Assembly (NCBI GenBank): GCA_959029255.1 | Contig: CAUFUE010000018.1 | Span: forward strand, 39,726 to 103,725 | Direction: 5' to 3' | Length of the DNA: 64,000 nucleotides | Origin: an uncultured Bacteroides sp. | GTDB taxonomy: Bacteria > Bacteroidota > Bacteroidia > Bacteroidales > Bacteroidaceae | Position numbers and translations under genes: made by a program | The notes under the pieces: model-generated | The model's database searches: none | The model's input: the letters and a program-made list of their open reading frames with translations, nothing else | Told to the model about the DNA's origin: nothing | Part shown: positions 1 through 9,728 of the stretch, in pieces | Layout: every line of letters starts with the position of its first letter | How positions within the stretch are numbered: the stretch's first letter is position 1

Positions 1-1836
1 CCACATGCCTCCTGCTCCCTGTACAATAGGTTCCAGTATAAGTGCCGCCAACTCTCCGGAATGTTGTTCTATCGTTTCTTTCAATGGAACAATATCTTCA
101 GGATTCCACTCCCCGTCATATCGTGAGCGGGGTTGCGGTACGAAATACCGTATGGGCAATGCCGAACCGAACAGGGAGTGCATACCTGTCACCGGGTCGC
201 ATACGGACATCGCATTCCAAGTATCTCCGTGGTAACCACTGCGTATAGTCACAAAATTGGTCTTTAGCTTCAAATCGTTCAACGATGGGGCGGCCTGGCT
301 TTTCGCAACCCAATATTGTACCGCCATCTTCAGGGCTACTTCCACCGCTACCGATCCCGAATCCGCATAAAATATTTTTTGCATGGAAGGTGGTACAAGA
401 GGCAACAATAGTTTTCCAAGTTCTATCGCCGGGTCATGAGTCAATCCGCCGAACATCACATGTGACATTTTCCCAAGTTGTTCCTCTGCCGCTTTGTTCA
501 ATACCGGATGGTTATATCCATGTACGGCGCACCACCATGACGACATACCTTCAATAAGTGTTTGTTCACCGTTCGGAGCTTGTGGCGTTTCAATGGTAAC
601 CGTTGCCCCTTCGGCACGTTTCACTTTGTATACAGGTAGTGGATTGGTGGTTGATGTGTAAGGATGCCACAAATGTTCCCGGTCGAATTGCGAACCGTTG
701 AACTGATATCCCGCTTCTTCAACCAGCTTTTTGTCTTCCGAAACCTTTGAGCCGAGCGTAGTCAACAAATCACCCACGATGGCGGAGTTAATTCCGATAT
801 AGAGAGATTTCTTTACCGCTTCTTTACTGAGCTGCGAACGTCCTCCCGCGAAACGAAGATAGGCCGTAGGATTGATAAAGCGGAAAAGGGCAATGGTGGT
901 CAGTACTTCTTCCTCTGTCAGTGGCGGCTGGTTTTCAAGCGGTGTTCCGGGAATCGGACTGAGCAAATTGATGGGAATGGATTGTACTCCCAGCTTTTTC
1001 AAGGTGAAGGCAAATTCGATACGTTGTTCCATCGTTTCTCCCATACCGATGATGCCACCGCTGCAAATATCCATGCCTGCATTGCGTGCAGCTTGTAAAG
1101 TGTGCAGCTTTTCTTCCTGGGTGTGGGTATTGCACAAAGTGGGAAAATAAGAAGGAGCCGTCTCCAGATTGCAATGGTAACGCGTGATACCGGCTTCGTA
1201 CAAAGCGCGTAATTCATCTTCGTTCAGCAACCCCAGTGAAGCGCACAACTGAATAGAAGAGTGGCGTCGTAAATGGCGTACCGTATCACAAAGTTGTTCA
1301 ATTTGTTTGGGTGAAGGTTTACGTCCGCTGGTTACGAGGGAGAAACGGTTGACATCTTGTCGTTCATTGTATTGTGCCTGTTTCAGGCATTCTTCAGCGG
1401 GCAGCAGGTTGTAGGTTTCAGCTTTCGTGTGGTAGTGGGAAGATTGTGCGCACCATTTGCAATTCTCGGGGCATCGTCCTGACTTTGCATTGATGATGGA
1501 ACACATGTCGAATTCGCGCGACGCGCATGCGACGGTAATCTCGTGTGCGGCGGCATACAGCGCCTCACGGTCGGCCGTATTGGCCAGCCAGGCTGCTTCA
1601 TCGGGCGATATGTCTATGCCTGACAACACCTGGGCTTTCAACTCATCTGTAGTCATAATATGAATGTAATAGGGGAGGGTCTGAACCGAATTTTGCTTTC
1701 GTAGCGAACTGTCTGCCACGTTGTTCCGCAGGTAGCCAATCGTGACCTGACGACCTATGCTGGCGAATGCAGCGTATGCTTTCCGGCTCCAACGGCGGAA
1801 ACGTATCGTCTTCTTATCGGTCTGCTTTTTATTCAC
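1..1836 (-). CDS. bioB-bioA: Biotin synthase / DAPA (adenosylmethionine-8-amino-7-oxononanoate) aminotransferase fusion (BioB-BioA), 3' end outside window
   Basis: Absent from the ORF track because no stop lies in the window. Manual translation from ATG 1656 gives MTTDELKAQ, then the radical-SAM motif [18 protein letters not shown] and LRFAGGR. It continues in frame into BioA motifs [40 protein letters not shown] and [12 protein letters not shown] at position 1. The frame is also open upstream to GTG 1836. Confidence 0.9.
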   Translation of the reverse strand, partial: MNKKQTDKKTIRFRRWSRKAYAAFASIGRQVTIGYLRNNVADSSLRKQNSVQTLPYYIHIMTTDELKAQVLSGIDISPDEAAWLANTADREALYAAAHEITVACASREFDMCSIINAKSGRCPENCKWCAQSSHYHTKAETYNLLPAEECLKQAQYNERQDVNRFSLVTSGRKPSPKQIEQLCDTVRHLRRHSSIQLCASLGLLNEDELRALYEAGITRYHCNLETAPSYFPTLCNTHTQEEKLHTLQAARNAGMDICSGGIIGMGETMEQRIEFAFTLKKLGVQSIPINLLSPIPGTPLENQPPLTEEEVLTTIALFRFINPTAYLRFAGGRSQLSKEAVKKSLYIGINSAIVGDLLTTLGSKVSEDKKLVEEAGYQFNGSQFDREHLWHPYTSTTNPLPVYKVKRAEGATVTIETPQAPNGEQTLIEGMSSWWCAVHGYNHPVLNKAAEEQLGKMSHVMFGGLTHDPAIELGKLLLPLVPPSMQKIFYADSGSVAVEVALKMAVQYWVAKSQAAPSLNDLKLKTNFVTIRSGYHGDTWNAMSVCDPVTGMHSLFGSALPIRYFVPQPRSRYDGEWNPEDIVPLKETIEQHSGELAALILEPIVQGAGGMW

Positions 1837-1876
1837 GGTGTTCAGTATCCTTATGTTATAAACTCTTTTTGCGGTA

Positions 1877-1884
1877 CAAATGTA
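1877..1884 (-). promoter_or_regulatory. Bacteroides sigma-A -7 element (TACATTTG) for the bio operon
   Basis: Matches TAnnTTTG on the minus strand, about 40 nt upstream of GTG 1836. Confidence 0.6.
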
Positions 1885-1912
1885 GGAAAAATATTCAGAC
1901 GGGATACGATTT

Positions 1913-1999
1913 AATGAAGAATGAAGAATGAAGAAGGAAGAATTACCTTGCGGCATACTTGCGTAGCGTAGCTAATTTCTTCATTCATCATTCTTCATT
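1913..1999. repeat. Inverted heptamer-repeat element (AATGAAG)n ... (CTTCATT)n with GCGGCATA..TAGCGTAGCTA core
   Basis: Read directly from the sequence; near-identical architecture at 51468-51604. Confidence 0.85.
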
Positions 2000-2002
2000 T
2001 CT

Positions 2003-2503
2003 TTAAATTCCTGGATTGTAGTGATAGTTTATAGCTTTCTTAGCTTTCAGTGACGCTTGTACGTCAATCAACCGTTGGTTACTGCTGCCACGGAAATAAA
2101 GACTCTCATCGTGCAGCTCTTTTTTGAATTTGCCGTCTACCAGCACATCAATATATTCCAGTAACTTCGCTTGTCGAGGATTACGTAGCAGATTTTCAAA
2201 AGTATATCCTGTATAACACCATATATTTTTCCGGCTTTTACTTTTGATGGCAGATGCCAATTCTGTGAAACCTTCCGGTTGAAACATCGGGTCACCACCA
2301 CTGAAAGTCACATCTGCAAAATTATCGGCAAGTACCTTTTTCAAGATTTCGTCCGTACTCATCCAGCATCCTCGATTGATGTCCCATGATTCGGGATTAT
2401 GACAGCCGGGACACCCGTTGGGGCATCCGGCTGCATAGATGGCGGTACGGAAACCGGGACCGTCTACAGTAGTATCTTCTACTATGTCGAGAATAGAAAT
2501 CAC
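2003..2503 (-). CDS. nrdG: Anaerobic ribonucleotide reductase activating protein (radical SAM)
   Basis: DGPGFRTAIYAAGCPNGCPGCHNPESW, SGGDP and FRGSSNQR motifs; directly downstream of nrdD. Confidence 0.95.
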   Translation of the reverse strand: MISILDIVEDTTVDGPGFRTAIYAAGCPNGCPGCHNPESWDINRGCWMSTDEILKKVLADNFADVTFSGGDPMFQPEGFTELASAIKSKSRKNIWCYTGYTFENLLRNPRQAKLLEYIDVLVDGKFKKELHDESLYFRGSSNQRLIDVQASLKAKKAINYHYNPGI

Positions 2504-2514
2504 TTTTCCAACGA

Positions 2515-4722
2515 TTAATTATGAATGGTACGGTCGTTTAACTCCGCAAGCTTAGCTTGGTTCCAGCGGTCGGTAGTACCTACCAGGTAGCCGGTGATAC
2601 GTTGCAACTTGTCGATGTGTCTGCTTCCGCACTTCGGGCATTCTTCCAGGTTGGCGGCGGAGTTTTCGTATCCGCAGTCCAGGCAACGATTACGGTTGTG
2701 GTTGACAGAACCATAACCGATATTGTACTGGTCCATCATATCCACCATACGCATGATAACCTCCGGATTGTGCGTTGCATCCCCATCCATCTCAACATAA
2801 AAAATATGTCCGCCACGTGTCAGCTCATGATAGGGAGCCTCCACTTCGGCTTTGTGGCGGGCACTGCATTTGTAATACACAGGCACATGGTTGGAGTTGG
2901 TGTAATAATCGCGGTCTGTGATACCCGGAAGAATACCGAACTTCTTACGGTCTACCCGGGTGAATTTACCTGATAACCCTTCGGCAGGAGTAGCCAATAC
3001 ACTGTAATTATGCTGATATTGGTCGGAGAACTGATTGCTACGGTCGCGCATATAAGTCACGATTTTCACTCCCAGTGCCTGAGCTTCTTCCGATTCACCG
3101 TGGTGTTTTCCAAGTAAAGCTACCAGGCATTCAGCCAGACCGATAAAGCCGATACCCAATGTACCTTGATTGATAACCGAGTCAATGGTATCGTTCGGTT
3201 TCAGTTTCTCGCTGCCTATCCACAGGGCTGACATTAGCAAAGGGAACTGCTTGGCAAATGCCGTTTTTTGGAATTCCATGCGCTCGTGCAACTGACGTGC
3301 CGTAATCTCGAGCATGGAGTCCAACTTGGAGAAGAAACGGGCAATGCGTTGCTCCTTGTCCTCTATATCCATACATTCGATGGCAAGGCGGACAATATTA
3401 ATTGTGGAGAATGAGATATTTCCACGTCCGATGGAGGTTTTCGGTCCGAAACGGTTTTCAAAAACACGAGTACGGCATCCCATTGTAGCCACTTCATGTT
3501 CATAACGTTTGGGATCATCAGCCTTCCAATCTTCACTTTGGTTGAAAGTAGCGTCAAGGTTCAGGAAATTGGGGAAGAAACGGCGGGCGGTTACCTTGCA
3601 GGCAAGCTGGTAGAGGTCATAGTTCCGGTCTTCAGGCAAGTAACTTACTCCTCGTTTTTTCTTCCAGATTTGGATAGGGAAGATGGCTGTTTCTCCGTTT
3701 CCCACTCCTTGATAAGTACTTTTCAGCAATTCACGGATGATGCAGCGTCCCTCGGCAGAGGTATCTGTACCATAATTGATGGAACTGAATACCACCTGAT
3801 TACCTCCCCGTGAATGTATCGTATTCATGTTATGGATAAACGCTTCCATGGACTGGTGCACACGGGCCACAGTCTTGTTGACCGCATGCTGAACGATACG
3901 CTTCTCGTCAGACAGTCCGTCCAAAGGTTGCGGCAGATAGTCCGTCAGCTCCTTTTGATAAAGGTGGGAATAATCTTTGCCATACAATTCTTCCAGAGTT
4001 TTGATTTCCTCAATATAGCTTTTACGAACGTATGGAGCCAGGTAAAAGTCAAAAGCGGGAATAGCCTGTCCGCCATGCATTTCGTTCTGAGCCGTTTCCA
4101 GCGAGATACACCCTAAGATACTGGCGGTTTCGATGCGCTTGGCCGGACGCGATTCACCGTGTCCGGCAGAGAAACCGTAGTTTAGGATACGGTCTAACGG
4201 ATGCTGCACGCAAGTCAGGCTCTTTGTGGGATAATAATCTTTGTCGTGGATGTGCAGGTAGTTTTGGCTCACGGCATCCAGCGCATCGTCACTCAGCAGG
4301 TAATCATCTACAAACGGTTTGGTGGTTTCACTGGCAAATTTCATCATCATGCCTGCAGGAGTATCTGCGTTCATGTTGGCGTTTTCACGAGTGATGTCGT
4401 TGGATTTTATGTTGATAATTTCCAGAAAGATATCGCGGGTCTTAGCCTTGCGGGCGATGCTGCGTTGATTACGGTAAGCAATATATTTCTGTGCGACGTC
4501 CTTGCGGCTGCTTTTCATCAATTCTACTTCCACCATATCCTGAATGGCCTCTACCGTCATCTGAGGTTCTCCTCTGAAAGAGATATGGTCAGTGATTTGA
4601 TGAATCAACTGTAAGTCTTCTCCTTTATCCGTGTGGAGCATGGCTTTACGAATGGCAGTCACTATTTTTTCTTCATTGAAACCGACAATACGTCCGTCAC
4701 GCTTGATTACCGTTTGTATCAT
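2515..4722 (-). CDS. nrdD: Anaerobic (class III) ribonucleoside-triphosphate reductase
   Basis: N-terminal ATP cone (VIKRDGR), LHIHDKDY, ATMGCRT, ATPAEGL, YYTNSNH, C-terminal CxxC..CxxC and glycyl-radical motif QRITGYL; likely start ATG 4722. Confidence 0.96.
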   Translation of the reverse strand: MIQTVIKRDGRIVGFNEEKIVTAIRKAMLHTDKGEDLQLIHQITDHISFRGEPQMTVEAIQDMVEVELMKSSRKDVAQKYIAYRNQRSIARKAKTRDIFLEIINIKSNDITRENANMNADTPAGMMMKFASETTKPFVDDYLLSDDALDAVSQNYLHIHDKDYYPTKSLTCVQHPLDRILNYGFSAGHGESRPAKRIETASILGCISLETAQNEMHGGQAIPAFDFYLAPYVRKSYIEEIKTLEELYGKDYSHLYQKELTDYLPQPLDGLSDEKRIVQHAVNKTVARVHQSMEAFIHNMNTIHSRGGNQVVFSSINYGTDTSAEGRCIIRELLKSTYQGVGNGETAIFPIQIWKKKRGVSYLPEDRNYDLYQLACKVTARRFFPNFLNLDATFNQSEDWKADDPKRYEHEVATMGCRTRVFENRFGPKTSIGRGNISFSTINIVRLAIECMDIEDKEQRIARFFSKLDSMLEITARQLHERMEFQKTAFAKQFPLLMSALWIGSEKLKPNDTIDSVINQGTLGIGFIGLAECLVALLGKHHGESEEAQALGVKIVTYMRDRSNQFSDQYQHNYSVLATPAEGLSGKFTRVDRKKFGILPGITDRDYYTNSNHVPVYYKCSARHKAEVEAPYHELTRGGHIFYVEMDGDATHNPEVIMRMVDMMDQYNIGYGSVNHNRNRCLDCGYENSAANLEECPKCGSRHIDKLQRITGYLVGTTDRWNQAKLAELNDRTIHN

Positions 4723-4767
4723 AACCGTTGTTTTTTTAGATTTTATTGTTTTACTTAATTGGGCAGG

Positions 4768-4775
4768 CAAAGGTA
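4768..4775 (-). promoter_or_regulatory. -7 promoter element (TACCTTTG) of nrdDG
   Basis: TAnnTTTG match upstream of nrdD. Confidence 0.6.
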
Positions 4776-5108
4776 TAACAGTTATCTGTATGATTTTCTT
4801 TTTGGAAAACTTTTAAGAGTTTAAAAATAGTTAATCAATTGATAATTAGATGCAAACTTTCGCAGAATGGAAAACTTTATTTTAAATATGATGTTCAATG
4901 ATAAACTTTAATAATAATGATATTAAATACTGTTGTAAAAGGAAATTGAAAGAGAAAACGGAAAAAAGAAAACCTACTTGTGTGTTTTCAAATACTTTAG
5001 TTATATTTGTAACGAGTTGCTTTGCTCATGGCTTTCGCCATTTTATTGTTCTTTTGCCATTTATGAATAGGGCAGAAGGTGAATTTTTAATTTCAAATAA
5101 GAACGTTT

Positions 5109-6077
5109 ATGGAAAAATTGTCTCCCCCGTTCAAAGTTGATATTGCAGGGACATTGTGTCCACCGGCAACACTGAAAGATGCATGGATGCAGTATCAGAA
5201 AGAACAGATTAGTTTAAATACCTTGCAGGCCATCGAAAATGCTGAAATACGTAATCTTGTGGAACGTCTTAAATCCGAAGGAATGAAAGTCGTTACAGAC
5301 GGTGGCTTTCGCAACCGTGATTTCCTCGAAGGCTGGGAAGGACTTGGCTATAAACCTCATACCGCTGACTCGGCATCCAAAGTGCTGGAATTGACCGGTA
5401 GAATCAGCTTGTCCCATCATCCTATCCTTGATGATTATACTTTTCTGGCAGGGATAGTCGCCGGGGATGTATTGGCAAAACAGCATATACCGTCACCGGG
5501 AAAATTACTCACCAAAATTCTCCGTGAGATAGATGCTTCGCAATTGGAGCGGATTTATCCGGATGTAAATGTACTGTCGGATGATTTGGCGGTGGCCTAT
5601 AAAAATCTATTGTCAGCGCTTTATAACTCGGGATGTCGCTATGTGCAGTTTGACGGTGCGAAATCTCTCTTGATGGACGAAGCTGTCCGGCTAAATAACC
5701 GGGTGTTGCGTGAGCGGCCCGACAGACTGTTTGTCGCTTTCCACGCTGCTACGGATATGCTGATACGCTTGCATGGAGCCGATGCATATTTCCTGAACTA
5801 TGATTGTGGCATTTGTGACCGTAGCCGCTTGCTGTGGTTTGTCCGTGAAAAGGAAGCCGTGTTTGGCTTTGTGATTTCCTACTATCCCGAAGAGGACGAG
5901 CTGGATGAGTTGCAGGCGAAAATTGAGGAAGTCTTGAATTATATTCCGTTGAAACGCTTCACGCTTTGCCTGCCCGACGCGGATAGCCTTCTTCATCCTT
6001 CTGAAGCCGATGAAGAGAAACAGTGGCGTACGGTGAAACAAGGTATGGATATGGCGGAACGGGTATTCTCTTTTTGA
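5109..6077 (+). CDS. Cobalamin-independent methionine synthase II (MetE C-terminal-like) family protein, degenerate Zn site
   Basis: VVTDGGFR, KQHIPSP and GCRYVQFD motifs; promoter element TATATTTG at 5002-5009. Confidence 0.7.
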   Translation: MEKLSPPFKVDIAGTLCPPATLKDAWMQYQKEQISLNTLQAIENAEIRNLVERLKSEGMKVVTDGGFRNRDFLEGWEGLGYKPHTADSASKVLELTGRISLSHHPILDDYTFLAGIVAGDVLAKQHIPSPGKLLTKILREIDASQLERIYPDVNVLSDDLAVAYKNLLSALYNSGCRYVQFDGAKSLLMDEAVRLNNRVLRERPDRLFVAFHAATDMLIRLHGADAYFLNYDCGICDRSRLLWFVREKEAVFGFVISYYPEEDELDELQAKIEEVLNYIPLKRFTLCLPDADSLLHPSEADEEKQWRTVKQGMDMAERVFSF

Positions 6078-6122
6078 AATCCCGCATCTAACGGGAGTTA
6101 ATCCCACCCGATATGAATGTAA

Positions 6123-6266
6123 AAGAAGGTGTGTCAAAACAAAAATTCGCTTACTATTTGTTTCTTTTAGGCGCGGATTTCACGGAAAAAGAATAAAGAG
6201 AATCCGTGAAATCCGTGTAATCCGTGCCTAAAAGAAATTTTCAAGCGTATTTTGACACACCTTCTT
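6123..6266. mobile_element. MITE-like palindromic element with 17-bp terminal inverted repeats (AAGAAGGTGTGTCAAAA / TTTTGACACACCTTCTT)
   Basis: Perfect TIRs plus an internal inverted repeat AGGCGCGGATTTCACGG...CCGTGTAATCCGTGCCT; second copy at 59582-59715. Confidence 0.75.
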
Positions 6267-6295
6267 GTATATAAAGCTTTAACTTTCGCTTCCGC

Positions 6296-7396
6296 TTATT
6301 TTATAACTTCCGCCAATTTTTCCTGCAAACCGTCACCGTGCAAACCGCGTGCGATGATGGTTCCCTCGCCGTCAATCAATACGGTGTGAGGAATGCTGCT
6401 TACAGCATACAGTTTAGCGCCTTCGCTGTTCCAGTATTTCAGGTCAGACATTTGCGGCCATGTGATATTCAGCTTTTCGATAGCTTCTTTCCAAGAGTCA
6501 CCGTTTTGGTCTAAGGAAACGCCTACAATCTCGAAATTCTTGTTCTTGTATTTGGCGTATGCTTCTACCAGGTTAGGCATTTCGCGACGGCAAGGGCCAC
6601 ACCAGCTTGCCCAGAAGTCAACGAGCACTACCTTGCCTTTTCCAACGTAATCAGACAATTTTACAGTCTTGCCTTCCGGAGTCTGCATTTCAAAATCCGT
6701 AAATTTCTGTCCTACGGCAGTAGCTTTCATCTTCTCGACGTTGTCTTTGATTTTGATGATGATTTCATCGTTTTCGTATGCGGCAGGAATTTGCGGCATC
6801 AACGGGTCAAGATCAGCTACATCCATATAATAGAAGTTCTGTTTCAACATGTGTACGCCTACCGGATTGGTGATATTCTTCTGGATACCCGCTTTGGTAA
6901 CTTCCATCATCTTGTTTTCCAGCGCTTCCATTTCTTTTCCTTTGGCCTCACGTTGTTCGTCGGTCAGGGTAGTGTCGGACATGGAGTTGTAGATGGCCAT
7001 CATCTGGCTGTTCAGTCCACCGAGTTGGGTTCTGATTTCCTGGTAAGCATCATTGGTGGGAGTACCTGTTACGGAGTCTTCTTCCCCGGAAGTCAGTTTC
7101 ACATTGATATTTCCGTTTTCGAGGAAGAAGTCAACGGTCATCATACCGTCTTTATCGGCAGCTTGGTAAGTGATGTAACGGTTGACTGCGGTATCTTGAA
7201 CACCTTTGAAGGTGAAAGTTCCATTAGTGATAACGGCAGAATCCAATTTTACGGGTTGGCGTCCTTGGATAGTTTGCAGGTAAACGGTGTCGCCATCGGC
7301 AGCACCCTCTACGGTTCCGGTTACTGTGTAACCCTTGTTGCTGTTACAAGCTGCGAATACAGCGGCGACAGCGAGCAGATAGGTAATTTTTTTCAT
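6296..7396 (-). CDS. TlpA/AhpC-TSA family thiol-disulfide oxidoreductase lipoprotein (DUF4369 N-terminal domain)
   Basis: Lipobox FAAC; DFWASWCGPCRRE thioredoxin motif. Confidence 0.9.
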   Translation of the reverse strand: MKKITYLLAVAAVFAACNSNKGYTVTGTVEGAADGDTVYLQTIQGRQPVKLDSAVITNGTFTFKGVQDTAVNRYITYQAADKDGMMTVDFFLENGNINVKLTSGEEDSVTGTPTNDAYQEIRTQLGGLNSQMMAIYNSMSDTTLTDEQREAKGKEMEALENKMMEVTKAGIQKNITNPVGVHMLKQNFYYMDVADLDPLMPQIPAAYENDEIIIKIKDNVEKMKATAVGQKFTDFEMQTPEGKTVKLSDYVGKGKVVLVDFWASWCGPCRREMPNLVEAYAKYKNKNFEIVGVSLDQNGDSWKEAIEKLNITWPQMSDLKYWNSEGAKLYAVSSIPHTVLIDGEGTIIARGLHGDGLQEKLAEVIK

Positions 7397-7445
7397 TGCT
7401 TCATTCTTTTAATAAATAATTTTTGCAGGGGACAAAGATAATAAT

Positions 7446-7480
7446 AAAAAATCCCCTCCGGCATAACCGGAGAGGATTTT
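7446..7480 (-). terminator. Intrinsic terminator after rpsP
   Basis: Stem ATCCCCTCCGG-cataa-CCGGAGAGGAT with A/T runs either side. Confidence 0.7.
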
Positions 7481-7519
7481 ATGTTTTCTTGTCCCATTTT
7501 TATAGGGATGCTGTGCTTT

Positions 7520-8071
7520 TTATTCAGCAGCAGCTTCTGTTGCGGGAGTTTCTTCAGCCGGAGCTTCAGTTGCTTCTGCAGGTGCTTCAGCGGCAGCCTT
7601 GGCAGCTTCCTCAGCAGCTTTCTTTTCAGCCAGGGCTTTAGCTTTTACTTCGTTTACTTTCTTTTCAGCTTCGAGGCGTGCTTTTGCTTCAGCTTTCTTT
7701 GCTTCTTCCTCTTTAACTTTCAGGGCGGCCAAACCGCTTTGTTTGTTGTTCTTCCAAGCTTCGAATTTAGCTTCAGCTTCTGCTTCGCCGAATGCGCCTT
7801 TAGCTACACCGCCAAGGAGGTGTTTCTTCATGTAAACGCCTTCACGTGAAAGGATGTTGCGAACAGTGTCGGTAGGTTGTGCACCTTTCAATACCCAGTC
7901 AAGTGCGCGGTCGAACTTCAAATCTACTGTGGCAGGATTGGTGTTAGGATTGTAAGTACCAATCTTCTCAATAAATTTACCATCACGTGGTGCTCTTACG
8001 TCTGCAATAACGATAGAGTAGAAAGCGTAGCTCTTACGTCCATGTCTTTGCAATCTGATTTTTGTTGCCAT
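7520..8071 (-). CDS. rpsP: 30S ribosomal protein S16 with Ala/Glu/Lys-rich C-terminal extension
   Basis: [38 protein letters not shown]; promoter element TATCTTTG at 8132-8139. Confidence 0.97.
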   Translation of the reverse strand: MATKIRLQRHGRKSYAFYSIVIADVRAPRDGKFIEKIGTYNPNTNPATVDLKFDRALDWVLKGAQPTDTVRNILSREGVYMKKHLLGGVAKGAFGEAEAEAKFEAWKNNKQSGLAALKVKEEEAKKAEAKARLEAEKKVNEVKAKALAEKKAAEEAAKAAAEAPAEATEAPAEETPATEAAAE

Positions 8072-8144
8072 TTAATTAAAATGTTTTTAGTTAATGATTT
8101 GAATTATGCTACTATCTCGTAATAGCGGGTGCAAAGATAGGAAA

Positions 8145-8393
8145 GATTTTTGATTTTTGATTTATGATTTATGATTTATTTATTTGTGGGGGGTGATAAT
8201 CTTGAGAGTACCCCTCCAGCCTGTCCGAAAACTTATATCTGCTATCGCTTTGACGCGGATGACGCGGATTGAACGGATTTTTAATCTTCTTATCCGCTAA
8301 ATCCGTTCAATCTGCGTCTGAAAAATAATCAGAAAGAAAGTAACCACAGAATTTTCGGACAGACTCCCCCATACAAATCATAAATCATAAATC
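8145..8393. repeat. Inverted heptamer-repeat element (ATTTATG)n...(CATAAAT)n enclosing a second palindromic element (CTGTCCGAAAA...TTTTCGGACAG)
   Basis: Arms at about 8145-8180 and 8375-8393; inner inverted ends near 8221 and 8352-8362, with internal GACGCGGAT repeats. Confidence 0.75.
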
Positions 8394-9701
8394 TCAAGAG
8401 TATCTCCGGGGATACCTTATCAATATGGCCAATATGGCGAATATACCCATACAGAAGGGGTAGTACAGGTTACCGATAATGCTCAGTGGTGATACGCTTG
8501 CCAGTCCTGCCGCTATCAGCATCTGCGCCCCGTATGGAATGATACCCTGTATCAGGCAGGAAAATGTATCCAGTATGCTCGCCGTTTTTCTACGGTCGAG
8601 ATGGAAACGTTGGGCGATATCCTTGGCGATAGGTCCCGTGGTAATGATGGCAATCGTATTATTCGCGGTGCAGAGATTGGCGATGCTGACCAATGCCGCA
8701 ATGCTGAATTCTGCCCCTCTTTTACCCCTGACGTGCCGTGTCAGCCGTGAAATAATGAAATCTATTCCTCCATTATAGCGTATTGTTTCGAGCATACCGC
8801 CCGCCAACAGGGTGATAATGATGAGTTCGCCCATCCCTGTGATGCCCGTCCCCATCGCTTCGAACCAGTCGAAGAAATCCATCCTCGTGCATAGTCCGAT
8901 AATTCCTGTTGAGATGATGCCGAGGAGCAGGACCACCATCACATTGACTCCTGCTATGGCGGTACCCAGTACAATGAGGTAGGGGATTACTTTTATCCAT
9001 TCTATGTCCTGTATCTGCGGTGAAGCCGATAAGGACAACCCTTGGAAGATGTAGATACCCAGTACGACAAGTGCCGCCGGTACTACAATCATAAAATTCA
9101 CCTTGAATTTATCCCTCATCACGCAGTCCTGCGTCTTGGTAGATGCGATTGTCGTGTCCGAGATAAACGAAAGGTTATCTCCGAAAAATGAGCCTCCCAC
9201 GACGATTGCCACCATATAGGGAAGGTCTATTCCTATCTTCTCTGCCAGTCCCACGGCTACCGGTGTAAGGGCTACAATCGTTCCCACGCTCGTCCCGATG
9301 GAGAGTGAGATAAAGCAGGCGGCGATAAAAATTCCTGCCAGCAACAGGTTGTCGGGCAGGATATGCAGCGTAAGGTTTACGGTTGCATCGATTGCCCCCA
9401 TCTGTTTGGCGCTTTGTGCGAAGGCGCCTGCAAGGACGAAAATCCATATCATTAGCAAGATGTTCTTATTCCCGGCGCCCACCGAAAACTGATAAATGCG
9501 CTGTTCCAGTTTCAATCCTCTCGTGATGGCGATAGCATAGCACGAAGAAAACAGGAACGCTACCGTAATAGGTACCTTATAGAAATCATTGACAAGCAGT
9601 GATGTCACCAGATAAAGACAAAGAAAAACTACCAGCGGGCTCAATGACCACCAGCCTCCTTTGTGTCTTGAGGTTGTCTCTGTATTTATATTTGTAGACA
9701 T
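8394..9701 (-). CDS. Na+/H+ antiporter NhaC-family transporter (possible amino-acid transporter)
   Basis: Polytopic membrane protein with SIGTSVGT and GGSFFGDNLSFISDTTI motifs. Confidence 0.85.
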   Translation of the reverse strand: MSTNINTETTSRHKGGWWSLSPLVVFLCLYLVTSLLVNDFYKVPITVAFLFSSCYAIAITRGLKLEQRIYQFSVGAGNKNILLMIWIFVLAGAFAQSAKQMGAIDATVNLTLHILPDNLLLAGIFIAACFISLSIGTSVGTIVALTPVAVGLAEKIGIDLPYMVAIVVGGSFFGDNLSFISDTTIASTKTQDCVMRDKFKVNFMIVVPAALVVLGIYIFQGLSLSASPQIQDIEWIKVIPYLIVLGTAIAGVNVMVVLLLGIISTGIIGLCTRMDFFDWFEAMGTGITGMGELIIITLLAGGMLETIRYNGGIDFIISRLTRHVRGKRGAEFSIAALVSIANLCTANNTIAIITTGPIAKDIAQRFHLDRRKTASILDTFSCLIQGIIPYGAQMLIAAGLASVSPLSIIGNLYYPFCMGIFAILAILIRYPRRYS

Positions 9702-9728
9702 ATAAATTAGTTACATGATAAATGATAA

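Noticed and set aside
5010..5100. SAM or cobalamin riboswitch upstream of the MetE-like gene
   Set aside because: Only short hairpins; the consensus motifs of these riboswitches were not recognisable. An Infernal scan would settle it.
7520..7750. Low-complexity repeats at the 3' end of rpsP
   Set aside because: Ordinary Ala/Glu/Lys-rich extension typical of Bacteroidetes S16.
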